Source: an uncultured Lachnospiraceae bacterium
GTDB lineage: Bacteria; Bacillota; Clostridia; UBA1381
DNA: 64,000 nt
Direction: 5' to 3'
NCBI GenBank assembly: GCA_964399965.1
Contig: CAYNRX010000006.1
Span: forward strand, 2,588 to 66,587
This document shows, one piece after another, positions 41,509-51,839 of the stretch. The notes under the pieces were generated by a model that was not told where the DNA came from, searched no databases, and worked only from the letters and a program-made list of their open reading frames with translations. The translations under genes were made by a program, and so were the position numbers. Each line of letters begins with the position of its first letter. Position 1 is the stretch's first letter.

Positions 41509-42756
41509 TCAGTTAGTTATGTAAATTTTTGTGTACAGTGGCACAGTGTTTATCAGCCAGTCGAGTTTATCCGGGCGCAGCCGCACGCAGCCGTGGGAAA
41601 TGGCCACGCCGACGCGGCCGTCGTAGTCGGTGCCGTCATAGCGCAGGAGCGTGGAATGTATCGCATAACCGCCGTTAAAGCGCATTATCGGCCCGCAATA
41701 GTAGTTGGAATACCGCCAGGCAGTTTCGCGCGAATAGTAGCGGTATTCGCCGGTGCAGGTGGGAGTGGAAGGCTTGCCGATGGCACAGGGGAAGGAATTT
41801 ATCAATACCCATTCGCCTTTGGAGCCCTGGTATACTCTTACCAGGTATTCCGACTTGGATATCCATATCAGATAGTCCGTCTGGCTGGCGATACCGCGCC
41901 GGTTTACGGTATTGGCTGTCTCTCCCTGAGAGGCGATAAGGGCGGCTATCCTGGCGGCCTCCTCGACCTCCCGCGCTATCGGGGAGTAGCTGACGTTGAT
42001 GTCATATGTATCATCATCGGGAGTGTATACGGTTATTTCACAGCCGAAGCCCTCGGCCATATCACGCAGCGGCACGAATATAGCCCCTGCATCAAGGATC
42101 ATCGTGTTCTGGGGCATTGTGTATTCAGTGCCGTTATGTACTATCGCAGGATAGCCGACAGTGAACACTTCCTTATAATCGCCGATGCTTACCTCCACCG
42201 ACTGCGTATCCTCCCAGTAGGTATTGTTGACAACACCTATCGCATCAGCCATGCCTATCACCGGCACCATGGTGGTCCCGTTTATGAGCCGTGCTCCCGG
42301 GTCAAGGGGAACGGGTTCGCCGTCAACAAAGATATTTACTTTTTTTTCGCAATAGGGAACGGCGTCCATCCAGAAATCGTCTATGACCGCTCCGTCAGCC
42401 GTTTCCTCGCTCTGCAGGAAAACAACGTCCCCTACAGGGGCTATGCGCCAGTTGTAGTCGAGATTTTTCAGTCCGCCCGCCAGCCGCAGTTGGAAGCATT
42501 CCCCGGCCTCGTAGCCGGGCGTAGAAAATTCCACAACGGTGTTTTCGGTATAGCGATCCACTGTAAATTCTGCCGTATCGATAAGAGTTGCCCCATCGGA
42601 GGCGTACAGCTCAAGCGTGGCTGTATTGTCGAGAATTATCCCCGTAGGCAGCAGCCTTAGGTATACGGTGACCGTATCGACAGAGGCTGCCGAAGCCGCC
42701 GCGGACAGGATCAGCATCAGTACGAAGGCAAAAGATATCCCAAATAGTTTTTTCAT
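41509..42756 (-). CDS. L,D-transpeptidase (YkuD domain) with signal peptide and a copper-amine-oxidase-N-like domain
   Basis: C-terminal catalytic motif ISHGCVRL and an N-terminal signal peptide. Confidence 0.85.
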   Translation of the reverse strand: MKKLFGISFAFVLMLILSAAASAASVDTVTVYLRLLPTGIILDNTATLELYASDGATLIDTAEFTVDRYTENTVVEFSTPGYEAGECFQLRLAGGLKNLDYNWRIAPVGDVVFLQSEETADGAVIDDFWMDAVPYCEKKVNIFVDGEPVPLDPGARLINGTTMVPVIGMADAIGVVNNTYWEDTQSVEVSIGDYKEVFTVGYPAIVHNGTEYTMPQNTMILDAGAIFVPLRDMAEGFGCEITVYTPDDDTYDINVSYSPIAREVEEAARIAALIASQGETANTVNRRGIASQTDYLIWISKSEYLVRVYQGSKGEWVLINSFPCAIGKPSTPTCTGEYRYYSRETAWRYSNYYCGPIMRFNGGYAIHSTLLRYDGTDYDGRVGVAISHGCVRLRPDKLDWLINTVPLYTKIYITN

Positions 42757-42854
42757 AGGAAAACCCCCTTTGTTATTGCTTATATATTAAATATAGCAGA
42801 ACAAAGAGGGTTTGTCAACTGAATTTTTCGTCGAATTATACAAAAAAACGGTTT

Positions 42855-44210
42855 TTATTCTTCTGTCATAAATACGCTTGCCAGAGCTATCCAAGCTTCA
42901 CGGTTTTTAAGCCATATCAGCTGCAGCTCGTCAAGCGAGACAGGAGCCGCTCCATCGCCTATACGCACGATTATCCCCGGAATGCCCTCGTGGAAGGTGG
43001 ACCAGTTCGTAAAGCTGCCGGCCACTATTTCATCATCCGGTTCGGAGGTCACGTCATAGACCATGAGGTTTGCCAGGGCTATTGCCATCTGCGCCGCATC
43101 GAGCGAGGACGCTATATCCGGGTCATAGCGCAGTACGATATCAGAGCCGGTTGTGTAGTAGCACATGGAGCCGATAAAATTATATTGCTCAAGAAGCTGC
43201 TTTATTGCCGCGGTCTCGGGAGCGTCGCTGTCCCCGGCATAGCCGGTAGAGGAAGGATGGTCGATTATCTCAGATCCTTCTTCACGGCGGTCGAAGTTAT
43301 GATAGAGATCCACCCCGTCAAAATTTGCGCCCCAGGTCTTGAAATAGCTGTTCTCAAGCGCGGAGGTGCGGCCGGAAAGCCGGTCCTGACGGTATATTTC
43401 CCGCAGACGCTCGCTTTCGGCTTCATCATCTATGCCGTCTATGCCGCCCTGGGATATCATTACCCCATCGGGGTTTAGCATTGGCACGATATGGAAAGCA
43501 ATGTTGTCAAAAACATCGCTATAGTTTATGTCGTTGAAAAATCCCGTGTCGTAGTATTCAAGATAATATTCCAGCTGCTTCATCAAAAGCAGCGTGCCCA
43601 TATATTCGGCGCCGCGCACTCCCGACATAAGGAGGATATGGCGGTCGGCGTCCTTGTTCCCGACAATGATGTCATAGACCTTGTTTCCGCCCGGGGTGTC
43701 GGTAAGGGAGGAGTATGACATATGGGAGCCGTATTTCTCCTCTAGCTGCGACAGATCGCCCTCAAATTCAGTGAAGGTGTAATTGGCGCTGTTCGTATCC
43801 ACTATTGTAAGATCGGAAAGTGAATAGGAAAAGGCGGATTTGAGCGTGTAGGCCGGCAGATACCCTTCTATTGTAGAGCCTATCAGGCGTACCTTGAAAT
43901 ATCCATCGGTTATCTCGTTCATAAATTCCACAATGGAGCCGGAGGAGATCTTCGCCAGCTCCGCCCCGTCCGTCTCCGAGGGCTTATCGAGCAGGGAAGC
44001 CTGCCCCTCGGTAATGACTGTGTATTTTTCGTAGACCGGTTCCTCGGTAGCCTGGGGGATCTCCATGTTTTCGTATTTTTCTATAACCCCGTTGAGATAT
44101 TCTTGCTGTTCCCTATTATGGGATAGCCGGGCGATGATGCCGGCTGCTGCTATCACGATGAGTACCGCTGCCGGAATAATGAACAAAAGCAGCTTTTTCT
44201 TCACTGGCAT
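42855..44210 (-). CDS. M14-family zinc carboxypeptidase (gamma-D-glutamyl-meso-DAP peptidase-like) with TM anchor and an SH3-like domain
   Basis: GVRGAEYMG and HIVPMLNPDGV M14 motifs. The start codon abuts the ymdB stop. Confidence 0.75.
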   Translation of the reverse strand: MPVKKKLLLFIIPAAVLIVIAAAGIIARLSHNREQQEYLNGVIEKYENMEIPQATEEPVYEKYTVITEGQASLLDKPSETDGAELAKISSGSIVEFMNEITDGYFKVRLIGSTIEGYLPAYTLKSAFSYSLSDLTIVDTNSANYTFTEFEGDLSQLEEKYGSHMSYSSLTDTPGGNKVYDIIVGNKDADRHILLMSGVRGAEYMGTLLLMKQLEYYLEYYDTGFFNDINYSDVFDNIAFHIVPMLNPDGVMISQGGIDGIDDEAESERLREIYRQDRLSGRTSALENSYFKTWGANFDGVDLYHNFDRREEGSEIIDHPSSTGYAGDSDAPETAAIKQLLEQYNFIGSMCYYTTGSDIVLRYDPDIASSLDAAQMAIALANLMVYDVTSEPDDEIVAGSFTNWSTFHEGIPGIIVRIGDGAAPVSLDELQLIWLKNREAWIALASVFMTEE

Positions 44211-44984
44211 TCACTCCTTTATATAAACACGTTCTGTAGATAAGCATTGTCCGCTGTTTTCGTCTATCTCAAAATAGCAGCCGCAAAGCTGGCCGCGTCC
44301 GTCTGCCACCTCAAACCGCTGAGGTATCCCGGTGATGAAACGGTCAACTATCGTCTGCCTGTCCTGACCGAGCACCGAATATATCGCCCCCGTCATGCCG
44401 AGGTCGGATATAAAACCGGTCCCCTTGGGGAGCACGCAGTCATCGGCCGTCTGCACGTGGGTATGGGTGCCGAATACCGCCGATACCCGTCCGTTCAAGT
44501 GCCAGCCCATGGCTCCCTTTTCGCTTGTGGCTTCAGCGTGAAAGTCCACAATGAGGATATTTGTTTTCTCCTTAAGATCCTTGATCGCGCGATCGGCAGC
44601 GTCGAACGGGGAGTCGGCCGGGTTCATGAAAGTCCTGCCGATAAGGTTTATGACCCCTACTAAAACGCCGTTTTTTGCCTTTACCGTCGTATATCCCTGG
44701 CCGGGCGAGCGGGGAGAGAAATTGGCCGGGCGTATTATCTGCCAGTGATGCTCAAGCAGGGAGAATATGTCCTTGCAGCCCCAGGCATGGTTGCCGAGGG
44801 TGACAACGTCTGCGCCGGCGTCGGTCAGCTCCTCGAAGGAGCTTCGGGTGAGCCCGCGTCCATGGGAGGCGTTCTCGCCGTTTACTATTACCAGCTCTGC
44901 TGTTTTTTTGAGTTCCGGGAGGAATTTGTGGAGCATTTCGCGTCCGGTGCGCCCGACAACGTCGCCTATACATAAAATTCTCAT
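44211..44984 (-). CDS. ymdB: YmdB-type 2',3'-cyclic-nucleotide 2'-phosphodiesterase (TIGR00282 metallophosphoesterase)
   Basis: MRILCIGDVVGRTGR and GENASHGRG motifs, located immediately downstream of rny as in Bacillus. The track ORF is over-extended. Confidence 0.88.
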   Translation of the reverse strand: MRILCIGDVVGRTGREMLHKFLPELKKTAELVIVNGENASHGRGLTRSSFEELTDAGADVVTLGNHAWGCKDIFSLLEHHWQIIRPANFSPRSPGQGYTTVKAKNGVLVGVINLIGRTFMNPADSPFDAADRAIKDLKEKTNILIVDFHAEATSEKGAMGWHLNGRVSAVFGTHTHVQTADDCVLPKGTGFISDLGMTGAIYSVLGQDRQTIVDRFITGIPQRFEVADGRGQLCGCYFEIDENSGQCLSTERVYIKE

Positions 44985-45153
44985 ATTATTTACTCCGTTG
45001 ATAAATAGAAAAAGGGTCGCAGCAGGAAGGGTAGAAGCCGAAGCGCAGTCCCCGGCACATACGTCTTTAGCACGTAAACGCGGGGGAAGTGCGTTTCTCA
45101 ACCTGTTGCAGCCCTTGATTTCTTTTGGTTATTTGGCTATGATGGCATACAGT

Positions 45154-46674
45154 TTACTTTGCATAATCTATAGCGCGTGTCTCCCTTATCAGGCTTACCT
45201 TGATCTGCCCGGGATATTCAAGTTCGCTTTCTATGCGTTTTACGATATCCTTGGCGATAAGGATCATTCCCGCGTCGTTGACAACCTCGGGCTTGACCAT
45301 GATGCGGATCTCGCGTCCGGCCTGGATAGCGTAGGATTTTTCCACGCCGTCAAAGCTGTCGGCGATCTCCTCGAGCTTTTGCAGACGTTTTATATACGTC
45401 TCAAGATTTTCACGCCTTGCACCCGGCCTTGCGGCAGAGATAGCGTCGGCGGCCTGAACGAGCGATGCGATTATCGTTGATGCCTCAACGTCACCGTGAT
45501 GTGCCATGATAGCGTGGATTATCTCCTTGTTCTCATGATACTTCTTGGCGATATCTGCGCCTATCGTGACATGGGATCCCTCGACCTCGTGGTCGACGGC
45601 CTTGCCGATATCATGCAGTAGACCTGCCCGCTTTGTTAAGTTGATGTCAACACCCAGCTCCCCTGCCATAACGCCCGCCAAATGTGCAACCTCGACAGAG
45701 TGCTGCAAAACGTTCTGGCCGTAGCTGGTTCTGAATCTCAATTTTCCAAGCAGTTTTATAAGCTCGGGATGCAGTCCGTGGACTCCGGTCTCAAAAGCGG
45801 CGTTCTCGCCATCCTGCTTTATTGCGGCGTCAACTTCCTTTTTGGCCTTTTCGACGGTCTCCTCAATGCGTGCCGGATGTATGCGTCCGTCCACGATGAG
45901 CTTTTCCAGCGCGACTCTGGCCACCTCGCGGCGGATGGGGTCGAAGCTGGAAACGATTACTGCCTCGGGAGTATCGTCGATTATCAGATCTACGCCGGTA
46001 AGCGTTTCCAGCGTCCTGATATTGCGACCCTCACGGCCGATTATGCGTCCCTTCATTTCATCGCTTGGTAGATTTACCACGGAAACTGTCGTCTCGGCAA
46101 CGTGATCGGCCGCCACCTTCTGGATGGAGGAGGCAACGATGTTCTTTGCCGTGCGTTCAGCGTTTTCCTTGGCCTGCTGCTCTATTTCTTTGACCATTAA
46201 AGCTGCGTCGTGCCTGGCCTGCGATTCGATATCCTTTATGAGGATAGACTTAGCCTCGTCCCTTGTAAGACCTGATATCTCCTCCAGCTTGTCAAGCTGC
46301 TGCTGCTTTATTTCTTCAATTTCTGTTTCCTTTGCTTCTATACCTTTGATCTTCTGATCCATGGTATGATTTTTTTTGTCGAGAGTTTCGTTCTTGCGGT
46401 CGAGATTCTCCTCTTTCTGGTTGAGCCTGCGCTCCTGACGGTTAAGCTCGTTGCGGCGGTCTTTGACCTCCTTGTCGAAATCGTTGCGCAGCTTCTGATT
46501 CTCTTCCTTGGCCTCAAGCATCAGCTCGCGTTTTTTGGCTTCGCCGTCCTTTTCAGCCTGGGCGACGATGGCCTTAGCCTTTTCTTCCGCAGAACCAAAC
46601 TCGGCTTCCGCGATCTTCTTCCTGTATGAAATGCCCATGATGAACGAAAGAGCGTTCAATGCCAGGAATATCAC
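45154..46674 (-). CDS. rny: Ribonuclease Y. The true start is probably upstream at ATA 46710 (see findings).
   Basis: KH domain and HD domain ([12 protein letters not shown]), with a coiled-coil N-terminal region. The GTG 46674 start has no SD and truncates the TM helix. Confidence 0.92.
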   Translation of the reverse strand: MIFLALNALSFIMGISYRKKIAEAEFGSAEEKAKAIVAQAEKDGEAKKRELMLEAKEENQKLRNDFDKEVKDRRNELNRQERRLNQKEENLDRKNETLDKKNHTMDQKIKGIEAKETEIEEIKQQQLDKLEEISGLTRDEAKSILIKDIESQARHDAALMVKEIEQQAKENAERTAKNIVASSIQKVAADHVAETTVSVVNLPSDEMKGRIIGREGRNIRTLETLTGVDLIIDDTPEAVIVSSFDPIRREVARVALEKLIVDGRIHPARIEETVEKAKKEVDAAIKQDGENAAFETGVHGLHPELIKLLGKLRFRTSYGQNVLQHSVEVAHLAGVMAGELGVDINLTKRAGLLHDIGKAVDHEVEGSHVTIGADIAKKYHENKEIIHAIMAHHGDVEASTIIASLVQAADAISAARPGARRENLETYIKRLQKLEEIADSFDGVEKSYAIQAGREIRIMVKPEVVNDAGMILIAKDIVKRIESELEYPGQIKVSLIRETRAIDYAK

Positions 46675-47126
46675 CGCGATGATCAGTAAAATAATATCTA
46701 ATGTATCTATTGTTAAGCACCCCCTTGAAAATTATTCGCTCCCGCCGCTTTTTTACAGCGGAGGCGTTGTCGGAAATTTTTCCTCAAGACCTGCTTCTTT
46801 CAGGGTGCGTGCTTAAAAAGGCAGCTGTCTGGCCCGAAAGCCCGGCTGCGCCGCAGGCTGGCGCGCGGACGTTTTGTAACCTAAAACCAACGGCCTTCTC
46901 AAGACGGATCCCCTCAAGAGGAATTGATTTTTGATTACATTATGATAATTCTTCGCCTACAGAAATTTTACTGTCTTTAAAGAAATGTTAAGCATACTAT
47001 TACATTTTAGACCAAAAATGCCGTTCTGTCAAGAGGATTTTGTGTAAAACTTTCAAAAATATTAAAAAATAGTTAAAACCTGTCGATTTGCACAAAAAGA
47101 TTTTTAAAATTTCGGCGATTATGGTC

Positions 47127-47155
47127 TTTACTAACAAAATATTTTGTGATATAAT
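47127..47155 (+). promoter_or_regulatory. Extended -10 promoter of the glg operon
   Basis: TTTACT, a 17-nt spacer, then TGaTATAAT. Confidence 0.45.
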
Positions 47156-47242
47156 ATGCTATGGAATTATGTTTTTTAATGACTGTAACAGGCAATGATT
47201 TTGCTTCATTTATGGAAGAGATAGTTGCAGGAAGGAGTATTT

Positions 47243-49195
47243 ATGGATGAGAAAAAGGACATGGTCCATGTAAACTGCGTGGGAATAACCGATTTTCAGA
47301 CCTACCTTTTTAATACCGGCAAAAATTACCAGGCCTATAAAATGCTCGGCGCCAGATTTGTAACGCATGAAGGCGTAAGCGGTTGGCGGTTCGCGGTTTG
47401 GGCCCCCAATGCTAAAAAAGTGTGGGCGGTAGGAGATTTTTCGGGCTGGGACAATCTAAATCACCCGTTGGTGAAGATCGAGGACACAGGTATATGGTAT
47501 GGTTTTTACACCGACGTATCCGAGGGACAGCTTTATAAGTATGCTATCCTCGGATGCGACGGGGAGATGTATTACAAGGCCGACCCTTATGCTATAGAGG
47601 GAGAGCTGCGCCCGGGGACGGCATCGGTGATAAAGAAATTCGATGGCTATAAGTGGAAGGATAAGCACTGGATAAGCCGTCGGCAGAAGATAAATTATTA
47701 CGAAAGCCCTATGAACATATACGAGGTGCACGCAGGCTCCTGGAGGATACACGAGGACGGTTCATTCTACACATATCAGGAGCTGGCAGACGAGCTGATC
47801 CCCTATGTGAACGATATGGGCTATACGCATATCGAGCTGATGCCGCTGATGGAGTACCCGTTTGACGCTTCCTGGGGATACCAGGTGACGGGATATTTTG
47901 CCGCGACTACCAGGTACGGTACGGGCGCGCAACTGAAATATTTTATAGACAAGTGTCATAGTCATAATATAGGGGTGATAATGGACTGGGTGCCGGCGCA
48001 TTTTCCGCGGGACGCTCACGGCCTGCGTATGTTTGATGGCAGCCCCTGCTATGAGTATGGCGATCCTAAAAAGGGCGAGCATAAGGATTGGGGGACGATG
48101 GTGTTCGACTATGGCCGCGATGAGGTCATTTCTTTCCTTATGAGTTCAGCGTATTTCTGGGCGGAGGAGTATCACGTGGACGGCCTGCGGGTGGACGCGG
48201 TATCCTCAATGCTCTATCTTGACTATTCGCGTAAGGACGGTGAATGGGTCGCCAACAAATACGGCGGAAACGGGAATCTGGAGGCGATAGAGTTTATCAA
48301 GAACCTCAACGATATGATGCGCCAGGAATTTCCCAATTTCCTTATGATAGCTGAGGAATCGACCGCTTGGCCGAAGGTGACGGCGCCAACGCAGTATGAC
48401 GGATTGGGATTCTTCATGAAATGGAACATGGGCTGGATGAACGATACGCTGCGTTATATGAGCATGGATTCATATTTCCGCGGCTCCAACCACAGTCTCT
48501 TGACATTCGTCATGATGTATGCCTATTCGGAGATATACGTGCTGCCGCTTTCCCACGATGAGGTCGTGCACGGAAAGAAGTCGCTGATAGATAAGATGTT
48601 CGGCAGTTATGAACAGAAATTTGACCAGTATAAGACGCTTTTGGCGTTTTATATGACAATACCCGGGAAAAAGCTGTTATTTATGGGGGGTGAATTTGGG
48701 CAGTTCCTGGAATGGCGGTTTGACGACCAGCTGGAATGGAACTTATTGGAACAAGACAACCACAAGAAGCTGAAGAGGTACGTCAAGGAATTGAACCATT
48801 TCTATCTGGACAATCCGGAAATGTGGCATGAGGATCATAACATGGCCGGATTCGTGTGGATAAACGGCGGCGATACGAAGAACTCTGTTATCAGCTATAT
48901 GAGATGTACAAAGGAAATGGAAAAGTACATTATCGTGGTAGCCAATTTTGCGCCGATAGATCACGAAAAGTATGTTATCGGCGTACCGGAGGAGGGCGCC
49001 TATGAGGTAGTATTCCACTCCAACGGCACCAAATACGGCGGCACGAGAAGAAAAACCGTAAAAACGTATAAGACAAAGCCGCATCCGGAGAGCGGGTTCC
49101 GCAACAGCATTGAGCTGCAGGTGGACGCTTATTCGGCAATGTACTTGAGGAAAAAGGAACCGGAAAAAGAAGAGAGAACAACGAAAACAAAGTAG
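47243..49195 (+). CDS. glgB: 1,4-alpha-glucan branching enzyme
   Basis: GH13 regions DWVPAHF, GLRVDAV and IAEEST. ATG 47243 follows GGAAGGAG. Confidence 0.93.
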   Translation: MDEKKDMVHVNCVGITDFQTYLFNTGKNYQAYKMLGARFVTHEGVSGWRFAVWAPNAKKVWAVGDFSGWDNLNHPLVKIEDTGIWYGFYTDVSEGQLYKYAILGCDGEMYYKADPYAIEGELRPGTASVIKKFDGYKWKDKHWISRRQKINYYESPMNIYEVHAGSWRIHEDGSFYTYQELADELIPYVNDMGYTHIELMPLMEYPFDASWGYQVTGYFAATTRYGTGAQLKYFIDKCHSHNIGVIMDWVPAHFPRDAHGLRMFDGSPCYEYGDPKKGEHKDWGTMVFDYGRDEVISFLMSSAYFWAEEYHVDGLRVDAVSSMLYLDYSRKDGEWVANKYGGNGNLEAIEFIKNLNDMMRQEFPNFLMIAEESTAWPKVTAPTQYDGLGFFMKWNMGWMNDTLRYMSMDSYFRGSNHSLLTFVMMYAYSEIYVLPLSHDEVVHGKKSLIDKMFGSYEQKFDQYKTLLAFYMTIPGKKLLFMGGEFGQFLEWRFDDQLEWNLLEQDNHKKLKRYVKELNHFYLDNPEMWHEDHNMAGFVWINGGDTKNSVISYMRCTKEMEKYIIVVANFAPIDHEKYVIGVPEEGAYEVVFHSNGTKYGGTRRKTVKTYKTKPHPESGFRNSIELQVDAYSAMYLRKKEPEKEERTTKTK

Positions 49196-49206
49196 GAGAT
49201 GATATC

Positions 49207-50436
49207 ATGAGATCAAAAGATTGTGTAGCGATGATACTTGCGGGAGGCCAGGGAAGCAGGCTGGGAGCATTGACGAAAAATGTGGCAAAGCCGGCAGTTC
49301 CTTTCGGCGGCAAGTACAGGATAATCGATTTTCCGCTGTCGAACTGTGTCCACTCAGGCATAGATACCGTAGGTGTTCTGACGCAGTATCAGCCGTTGGA
49401 GCTTAACACCTATATCGGAAACGGCAACCCCTGGGATCTTGACAGGAGCCACGGCGGAGCTTATGTGCTGCCCCCGTATCAGAGCGCCAAGGCCGGCGAG
49501 TGGTACAAGGGAACAGCTAATGCCATCTATCAGAACATGAGCTTTATGGACGGCTTCAACCCTAAAAATGTGCTGATACTGTCCGGCGACCATATATATA
49601 AGATGCACTACGGCGAGATGCTGAGGGTGCATAAGCAGACGGATGCGGCGATCACGATCGCTGTTATGCCTGTGCCCTGGGAAGAGGCCAGCCGTTTCGG
49701 TATAATGAATGTGGACGATCCCGAGGCGTCGTTTGCTAATATCGTGGAATTTGAGGAAAAGCCCAAGGAGCCCAAGAGCAATCTTGCCTCGATGGGTATA
49801 TACATATTCAAGTATGATGTGCTGAAGCGTTATCTGACAGAGGATGAGAATGATCCTACCTCCTCCAACGACTTCGGCAAGAATATAATCCCCAAGATGC
49901 TTGCCAACGGTGAGAAGATGGTCAGCTGGAGATTTGAGGATTATTGGAAAGACGTGGGAACGATATATTCCCTTTGGGAGGCAAACATGGATCTTATCGA
50001 CACTCCTCCCAAGTTCAACCTGAATGACAGAAAGTGGAGCATTTACTCGAGGAACATGGCGCTTGCCCCGCATTATGTGGGCAGAGAGGCCAAGATCTCC
50101 AATTCGACAGTTACCGAGGGCTGCACGATCTGCGGCGTTGTTGAACATTCGGTGATATTCGGCGGAGTATCCATCGGCGAAGGCAGCCGCGTTGTTGATT
50201 CTGTTGTTATGCCCGGAGCAAAGATCGGGAAGAATGTTACAATAGAGAAGGCAGTTATAGGAAGCGAAGCCGTTATCGGCGACGAAGCGCAGATAGGAAC
50301 CTTTGACGCCGATCCTGCGAACAACGTTTACGCCTCCGATAAGTGCACTCACGGCATAGTGCTGGTTGAGGGCGGCGCAGTTATCGGCGAAAAGATCGGG
50401 ATCGCGCGCGGTTCGATGGTAGAAGCTGCTGAATAA
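49207..50436 (+). CDS. glgC: Glucose-1-phosphate adenylyltransferase
   Basis: [29 protein letters not shown], and a left-handed beta-helix C-terminus. Confidence 0.93.
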   Translation: MRSKDCVAMILAGGQGSRLGALTKNVAKPAVPFGGKYRIIDFPLSNCVHSGIDTVGVLTQYQPLELNTYIGNGNPWDLDRSHGGAYVLPPYQSAKAGEWYKGTANAIYQNMSFMDGFNPKNVLILSGDHIYKMHYGEMLRVHKQTDAAITIAVMPVPWEEASRFGIMNVDDPEASFANIVEFEEKPKEPKSNLASMGIYIFKYDVLKRYLTEDENDPTSSNDFGKNIIPKMLANGEKMVSWRFEDYWKDVGTIYSLWEANMDLIDTPPKFNLNDRKWSIYSRNMALAPHYVGREAKISNSTVTEGCTICGVVEHSVIFGGVSIGEGSRVVDSVVMPGAKIGKNVTIEKAVIGSEAVIGDEAQIGTFDADPANNVYASDKCTHGIVLVEGGAVIGEKIGIARGSMVEAAE

Positions 50437-50455
50437 GAGAAGGGAGACTGAAGCA

Positions 50456-51571
50456 ATGAGAGATACAATGGGAATTATTTTAACAAGTGAAGAAAGGATA
50501 CCGCCTATCACCGATATAAGAGCGGTAGCCGCTCTTCCGATCGCGGGCAGATATAGGATAATCGATTTTGTACTGTCGAACATGGCCAACGCCGGGATCA
50601 CGAATATAGGTGTGGCGACAGAGACGAATTATTCATCACTGATGGATCATATCCGTTCCGGAAAACCGTGGGATCTTGACAGAAAGAACCAGGGTCTCAA
50701 TATCCTGCCGCCGAACCTGGAGAATGTTTCCTACGGCGTTATCAAGGGTAATATAGATATGCTGGCCGGCATATCTGATTATATCCACAGAAGCCATCAG
50801 ACGTACGTTATCCTTTGCATAGGCAACAGCCTCTGCAATATAGATTTCGAGGCTGTGGTGCAGAACCATAAGGATACCCAGGCCGATATTACCGCGATAT
50901 ACAAGGATATGTCGGGCATACCGGAGACCGATCTGTCGCGATTCACGCTTATAGAGACCGATGATGACAACAAGGTCACCGATATCGAAGTGCAGCCCTA
51001 TTATCCCAAGAGCGCGAAGGCCGCCATGGACGTTTACGTTATGGAAAAGGCGCTTCTGGAGAGCATCGTGGACGAGTGCAGCGCCAGAGGAGATCATGAT
51101 TTTATCAAGGACGCCCTTGTAAAGAAAATGGATGGTCTGAGGATATACGGCTACGAATACACAGGCTATATGGATAAAATTGACTCCTTGAAGTCATACT
51201 ATAAAAACAACATGATATTCTTAAACGGCGATATAAGAGCGGAGCTGTTTAATCCGCAGAATCCCATCTATACTAAGACGAAGGATCAGTCGCCGACAAG
51301 ATACGGAGAGGGAGCGGTTGTTGAAAACAGCTTTATCTCCGATGGCTGCAATATAGAGGGCACGGTCGTAAACTGCGTGCTTTCGCGCGGAGTAAAGGTA
51401 AATAAGGGAGCTGTTATAAAGAACTCCATCATCATGCAGGATTCAGTGATCGAGGAGAACGTAGAGCTTGACCATGTAATATTCGATAAGGAAGTTTATA
51501 TTACCAAGGGCAGGAAGCTCATCGGTCAGGAGAGCTATCCGCTGGCAATAGCCAAGGGGACTCGTATATAA
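50456..51571 (+). CDS. glgD: Glucose-1-phosphate adenylyltransferase regulatory subunit GlgD
   Basis: A GlgC paralogue (IAGRYRIIDFVLSNM) lacking the GGxGxRL loop, in the glgC-glgD order typical of Firmicutes. Confidence 0.85.
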   Translation: MRDTMGIILTSEERIPPITDIRAVAALPIAGRYRIIDFVLSNMANAGITNIGVATETNYSSLMDHIRSGKPWDLDRKNQGLNILPPNLENVSYGVIKGNIDMLAGISDYIHRSHQTYVILCIGNSLCNIDFEAVVQNHKDTQADITAIYKDMSGIPETDLSRFTLIETDDDNKVTDIEVQPYYPKSAKAAMDVYVMEKALLESIVDECSARGDHDFIKDALVKKMDGLRIYGYEYTGYMDKIDSLKSYYKNNMIFLNGDIRAELFNPQNPIYTKTKDQSPTRYGEGAVVENSFISDGCNIEGTVVNCVLSRGVKVNKGAVIKNSIIMQDSVIEENVELDHVIFDKEVYITKGRKLIGQESYPLAIAKGTRI

Positions 51572-51591
51572 CATTTTACCGCAAAGAGGTA

Positions 51592-51612
51592 TCCGCGCTT
51601 TTTGGGCGCGGA
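51592..51612 (+). terminator. Weak hairpin after glgD
   Basis: TCCGCGC / GCGCGGA stem with no clear T tract. Confidence 0.3.
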
Positions 51613-51764
51613 CACTTCTGCGGTATGCGGCAAAAATTTTGCTGACCGATAAAGCTGCCTGTTCACAGTTGTCATATTTTTGTGATATACTTGCGACTGG
51701 CTGAGGGCAAATATATATGATTTTTGGTAAAAAGACAGAAATTTGTAAAATCTTGATGAAAAAT

Positions 51765-51793
51765 TTGACAAACGGTCGAATATGATTTAAAAT
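51765..51793 (+). promoter_or_regulatory. Internal SigA-type promoter upstream of glgA
   Basis: TTGACA, a 17-nt spacer, then TAAAAT. Confidence 0.5.
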
Positions 51794-51839
51794 ATATAGG
51801 GTTGACTGTGTTGTCGTTATGTGAAAGGACATGATCCGT

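Noticed and set aside
46795-46825. A possible SRP RNA domain-IV-like motif (CCCUGAAAGAAGCAGG on the minus strand) occurs in the rny leader.
   Set aside because: The flanks do not form the GNRA-capped helix with symmetric and asymmetric loops. It folds instead as a simple ACCUG/CAGGU hairpin.
46701-46934. A 77-aa plus-strand ORF lies in the rny-glgB intergenic region.
   Set aside because: It starts antisense to the rny SD and start region, has no SD and no recognisable features, and overlaps the GC-rich leader.
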